Positions 60,409 to 64,000 of a stretch of 64,000 nt of DNA are shown piece by piece. Each line of letters opens with the position of its first letter. Positions within the stretch are counted from its first letter, which is position 1. Location of the stretch: positions 497,117 to 561,116 of IMG/VR virus record IMGVR_UViG_3300046616_000314; one strand, 5' to 3'. Under the pieces are notes generated by a model, which saw only the letters and a program-made list of their open reading frames with translations, searched no databases and was not told where the DNA came from. The translations under genes were made by a program, and so were the position numbers.

Positions 60409-61679
60409 TGTTATATCGCCACATTTTAAAATTCAAGCCCAACAAGGCAACGATCACAACGAGTCCGAGTTTTTCCACGTTTAGTAATCGTGTGAACAAT
60501 GGTACTGCGTATGCGCTCCCCATTGGTTCTAACGGATCGGCATTTCGGTATACTTGTGCGCAAGGTGGACAATACGTTCTCACTGGGAACGGTGCGACTC
60601 TTTTGAGCATCAGCAAATTTGATGTAAATGGTGTTCTAGAAAGTACGCCAATTTTTACCGATGATTTGATAGCCCGCTGGAATAACCCAAGTGCAGGGTC
60701 TTACGATAGTGCATTTGCATTCATGTCTCGTAATGGGAAAACGGTAATATACGGGTTGACTCGATATAATGGCGGATTGAGAACCACAGGTGTATTCTAT
60801 TATCAGTTCAACGATTCTCTACAGGTTTTCGAGTATAAAACTTTTAGTGCAACGACACCATCCGTCGCAGGCGTCGGGCTGAAATATGCCCTTAGCGATG
60901 ATGGTACGAAAATGGCTCAGTGGTATATGAACGGTACGGATTACGCCACCGGTCAAATCAACGTCGTGGACGTTAACACAATGGCACTCATATACACGGT
61001 TCCGCTGACCAATGTCGCGGTCTCCGATATGTGTTTCATGCCGAATGACGATCTCGTAATAGCCTATGGAACCGGCGGACTATATAATTGGCCAAAGGCT
61101 ACAGTTCGCGTTTATCGGAACGCCACCACTTCGGCAAATGTGTTCGGATCGGTAACTAACCCATCCACCGATGCATCAACAACCTTACCTATTTTCCGAC
61201 GTGAAAATTTTGTGACGAACAATCGTCTTTATATGTTTGGTCAGGGCGCCCCGCTCTCGTCACCGGGCGCGGTCCCAGGTGGCACTTCCACGGGCGCCAG
61301 CATATTCGCCATGGACTACGATCCTGCGACCATGCAGTTCACCCGCGTTTACACGTCTTATGAACCGCGACGCGCAACAGACGCCGCCGTCATCAATACG
61401 GGTGGATATACGCGCCAGCCAACGACCGCCAGCCAAAATTTCTCCATTGGTCACGATGCCAACGGGAACACCTATATCTATGCCATCGCCCCCGGAACCC
61501 CGTACAGCCAGGGCGACCAAGTTCAAGCTCTCCATAAGATCAAGAACGGCGTTGGAAGTGTTCTGAAACCATCTTACATTCCGGTCGCGGCATTCACTAA
61601 CCCAATGCAAAGCGGAATGCTTCAAGCCCCCAACGGCGAAATAATCGTCCCCGGTAATATGATCAAATTCGAAAACTAA
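60408..61679 (+). CDS. putative receptor-binding/virion protein, beta-rich
   Basis: Coupled to the collagen fibre gene. Confidence 0.6.
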   Translation: MLYRHILKFKPNKATITTSPSFSTFSNRVNNGTAYALPIGSNGSAFRYTCAQGGQYVLTGNGATLLSISKFDVNGVLESTPIFTDDLIARWNNPSAGSYDSAFAFMSRNGKTVIYGLTRYNGGLRTTGVFYYQFNDSLQVFEYKTFSATTPSVAGVGLKYALSDDGTKMAQWYMNGTDYATGQINVVDVNTMALIYTVPLTNVAVSDMCFMPNDDLVIAYGTGGLYNWPKATVRVYRNATTSANVFGSVTNPSTDASTTLPIFRRENFVTNNRLYMFGQGAPLSSPGAVPGGTSTGASIFAMDYDPATMQFTRVYTSYEPRRATDAAVINTGGYTRQPTTASQNFSIGHDANGNTYIYAIAPGTPYSQGDQVQALHKIKNGVGSVLKPSYIPVAAFTNPMQSGMLQAPNGEIIVPGNMIKFEN

Positions 61680-61727
61680 GTACCTGATTTTTAACAGGAA
61701 ATTATTTTATCGAAAATTTGATTTTAT

Positions 61728-61761
61728 TATTGACGCTCACTCGTCGTTATGAGATAAATAG
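61728..61761 (+). promoter_or_regulatory. promoter TATTGAC-N18-GATAAATAG of the leader/tRNA operon
   Basis: Same motif and spacing as 57053-57086. Confidence 0.65.
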
Positions 61762-61817
61762 AAATACGAACTGCCACTGAGGCGGCTCGCAACCCATTTT
61801 TGGAGACCACCAGTTCA

Positions 61818-61943
61818 ATGACTCGTTCGTTCCACATTGTTGCAGATATCACCAGCGCGGGCATTCCAGCCGCCGCTGTGATGATCCGTGACTTTGCGAA
61901 CCAACCCGTCAATCAACCGGGTCTCGGAGGCATGTACGTGTAA
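61818..61943 (+). CDS. putative attenuator leader peptide MTRSFHIVADITSAGIPAAAVMIRDFANQPVNQPGLGGMYV (41 aa)
   Basis: GGAG RBS; followed by a terminator; codons match downstream anticodons. Confidence 0.7.
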   Translation: MTRSFHIVADITSAGIPAAAVMIRDFANQPVNQPGLGGMYV

Positions 61944-61970
61944 ACTGAATATCATCAGTTTTAGGGTACC

Positions 61971-62005
61971 GAGCCTCCTGAACGTAAAGTTCTGGGGGCT
62001 TTTTT
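61971..62005 (+). terminator. attenuator terminator upstream of tRNA-Ile
   Basis: GAGCCTCC-T-GAAC-GTAAA-GTTC-T-GGGGGCTT-TTTT. Confidence 0.85.
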
Positions 62006-62025
62006 AATGCCCGAAATCCTGATGG

Positions 62026-62101
62026 GGTCCTTTAGCTCAGTTGGTAGAGCATCGTCTTGATAAGGCGAGGGTCGCTGGTTCAAGTCCAGCAGGGACTACC
62101 A
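62026..62101 (+). tRNA. tRNA-Ile(GAU)
   Basis: TCGTC-TT GAT AA-GGCGA; CCA. Confidence 0.93.
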
Positions 62102-62141
62102 AATTTTTAACTCTAACCGGAAGCCTTATCAACTTCCAAGT

Positions 62142-62216
62142 GGTGCTGTAGCTCAGTGGGAGAGCATCGGGTTGTCAGTCCGAGGGTCGCGGGTTCAATC
62201 CCCGTCAGCACCGCCA
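62142..62216 (+). tRNA. tRNA-Asp(GUC)
   Basis: TCGGG-TT GTC AG-TCCGA; GCCA. Confidence 0.93.
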
Positions 62217-62629
62217 CTTTCGCAGAGGAAGAAATTCCAATGCAAAATTTTCTGATTTGCCTCCCCGGCTGTTTCGATGACCGGGGAGGCAGGTAAGGAA
62301 ATGGTCTTTGACATAACACTCATACTTTTTGAGTGCCTGAATATTATCAGATGGGAACAGTGCCGTTCCTGTGCATGGGAATCATTTCGTGCTTAGCAGT
62401 CTGATATGGGAAGAAATACAGTCACCAAGCCCTGTAGGCTTGTTCTGACTGTTGGCAACTCCACCCGCCTACGGGCGTTTCGGGCACTTTAATAGTATGA
62501 GCGTTGTGTCGGTCTTTGACATTGTTGAAAAAACAAACAGTACACCCCGCCGTGGCGACGATGATCGCGGCGGGGTGACAGGAAAGTTGCGCCAAGTATC
62601 AACCGTGGTACTTCGCATAACTTTTCTGT

Positions 62630-62703
62630 TGGGGAATGGTGTAATGGTAACACGCTGGGCTTTGGTCTCAGAATTCTAGGTTCGAGTCCTAGTTCCCCAA
62701 CCA
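62630..62703 (+). tRNA. tRNA-Gln(UUG)
   Basis: CTGGG-CT TTG GT-CTCAG; CCA. Confidence 0.92.
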
Positions 62704-62747
62704 TTTAAGTTATTACTATTGCTTGAAGGAAACTTCAAGCTCAAAGT

Positions 62748-62826
62748 CGCGGGAAGGACAAGATAGTTAGTCACCAGCCTCATAAGCTGGAATATCTGGT
62801 AGATGCGAGCACTACTCCCGCTCCCA
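62748..62826 (+). tRNA. atypical tRNA-Met(CAU), initiator-like acceptor
   Basis: CGCGGGA/TCCCGCT (C1 mismatch); CCAGC-CT CAT AA-GCTGG; irregular D and T arms. Confidence 0.65.
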
Positions 62827-62830
62827 ACTC

Positions 62831-62998
62831 GGCACGGTGATGAACCGGTAAGTCCAAGCGAATGAAGGTCCGACATAGCGGTTGTTGGAGCAAGGTCCCT
62901 CCCTCAAAGAGGGGCGCCTAGAAATTGGTCCCCTGGAACCCGTGACAATCCAGGGGCGAAAGTCTCTCCATTGGCGGCTGGTTGGAGAGAGCCCGGTA
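62831..62998 (+). ncRNA. candidate structured RNA (TAAGTCC family)
   Basis: GGCACGGTGATGAACCGGTAAGTCCAA then hairpins TCCGACA/TGTTGGA, CCCTC/GAGGG, CCCCTGGA/TCCAGGGG, TCTCTCCA/TGGAGAGA. Confidence 0.55.
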
Positions 62999-63002
62999 TT
63001 GT

Positions 63003-63079
63003 CGGAATATGGCGCAGCTTGGTAGCGCATTTCGCTGGGGGCGAAAGGGTCGCAGGTTCAAATCCTGCTATTCCGACCA
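63003..63079 (+). tRNA. tRNA-Pro(GGG)
   Basis: TTTCG-CT GGG GG-CGAAA; CCA. Confidence 0.93.
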
Positions 63080-63142
63080 ACTTTTTACTTGACGTTACTG
63101 AATAGAATGATACTATACAGTCATTCATTTGGAGATTGTTTC

Positions 63143-63316
63143 ATGGACATCAACGACGACATTATCATCTTCGGTGAAGGTAAGGACGTTGTTGTCCTGA
63201 AGAAAGCCGAATGGGACAAAATCAAGGAAATCATCGCCCGGTATCCCGAAGCGGAAGCCGAACTGAAGGCGGCTAATCTGGAAATCCTGCCCATCGAAAT
63301 CGGGCGGACGCGCTAA
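63143..63316 (+). CDS. hypothetical small protein
   Basis: TTGACG-16-TACTAT promoter; GGAG RBS. Confidence 0.65.
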   Translation: MDINDDIIIFGEGKDVVVLKKAEWDKIKEIIARYPEAEAELKAANLEILPIEIGRTR

Positions 63317-63475
63317 CGAAATTTTACGGCTGTTGGATTTGCGTGTAACAGGTTCGAACCCTGACCATAAGCTCTTACGAGCATATGAGTAAGCCTACGC
63401 AAAATACTTTATTGACAGTACCGCGTCAATAAAGTATAAATATAATTACAAGTTCAGAGGCGAAATGCCCTCTGT

Positions 63476-63550
63476 TCCGTGGTAGCTCAGCGGTAGAGTA
63501 GGTGGCTGTTAACCACTTGGTCGTAGGTTCGAATCCTACCCACGGAGCCA
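63476..63550 (+). tRNA. tRNA-Asn(GUU)
   Basis: GTGG-CT GTT AA-CCAC; GCCA. Confidence 0.95.
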
Positions 63551-63552
63551 GT

Positions 63553-63597
63553 TAAAGCCAGCTAGTCCGCCTAAAGGTGGAGACTAGCTGGCTTTTT
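63553..63597 (+). terminator. intrinsic terminator after tRNA-Asn
   Basis: AAAGCCAGCTAGTC...GACTAGCTGGCTTTTT. Confidence 0.75.
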
Positions 63598-63622
63598 CAT
63601 TCCAAAATTTTATCACATTTGT

Positions 63623-63699
63623 CGGGGTGTAGCGCAGTCTGGTAGCGCGCTCGTTTCGGTAACGAGAGGTCGGAAGTTCGATTCTTCCTACCCCGACCA
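63623..63699 (+). tRNA. tRNA-Pro(CGG), U at position 37
   Basis: CTCGT-TT CGG TA-ACGAG; CCA. Confidence 0.9.
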
Positions 63700-63700
63700 A

Positions 63701-63916
63701 CTATCCTCCAAAGTCTGGCGGAAGAACGCCAAACGGTGGTTCATGATCTACGGGTGCAGCTTGTTCTTTGTCGTACCTACGGCGAATCTTAGCGGCATTT
63801 TTGATGATCGCTTTCGTCATATCCTTGCCCCAGGTTCCGTTCCGGCGAACCGAAGCCCGATCAACGAGTTTGACTCCTGTCTTCTTCGCATACTCGCCAA
63901 GGTACATTGTCCACAT
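63701..63916 (-). CDS. hypothetical small protein
   Basis: 71-aa ORF. Confidence 0.45.
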   Translation of the reverse strand: MWTMYLGEYAKKTGVKLVDRASVRRNGTWGKDMTKAIIKNAAKIRRRYDKEQAAPVDHEPPFGVLPPDFGG

Positions 63917-64000
63917 GACGCTGCTATCGTCGGTAACTTTGCGAAGATACGTTAGGTCGATTTCCTCGTAACCTGAATCGACGGCGATGGCATAAAGATA

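Overview
This is a 64-kb segment of a large (probably jumbo) myovirus genome, distantly T4-like, with a probable alphaproteobacterial host. It encodes tail sheath, tail tube, head-completion nuclease, large terminase, gp32-like SSB, UvsX, UvsY, tail-fibre-like proteins, spanins, Dps, SerRS, TyrRS and 17 tRNAs. About 28 small paralogous ORFs end in an 'EEDA.LFKLKW/F' motif. Top finding: each of two tRNA clusters is preceded by an unannotated leader ORF (56997-56905 minus; 61818-61943 plus), a competing antiterminator helix and an intrinsic terminator. The leader codons match the anticodons of the tRNAs downstream, which suggests ribosome-mediated attenuation that switches on phage tRNAs when those codons are poorly decoded. 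Second: a ~1.7-kb minus-strand non-coding operon (45.45-47.18 kb) of structured RNAs separated by a repeated hairpin. It includes two tRNA-shaped RNAs with large D-loop inserts and two members of a four-copy RNA family (ACC-NN-TAAGTCC motif). All calls and folds were made by eye; no database search or folding program was run.
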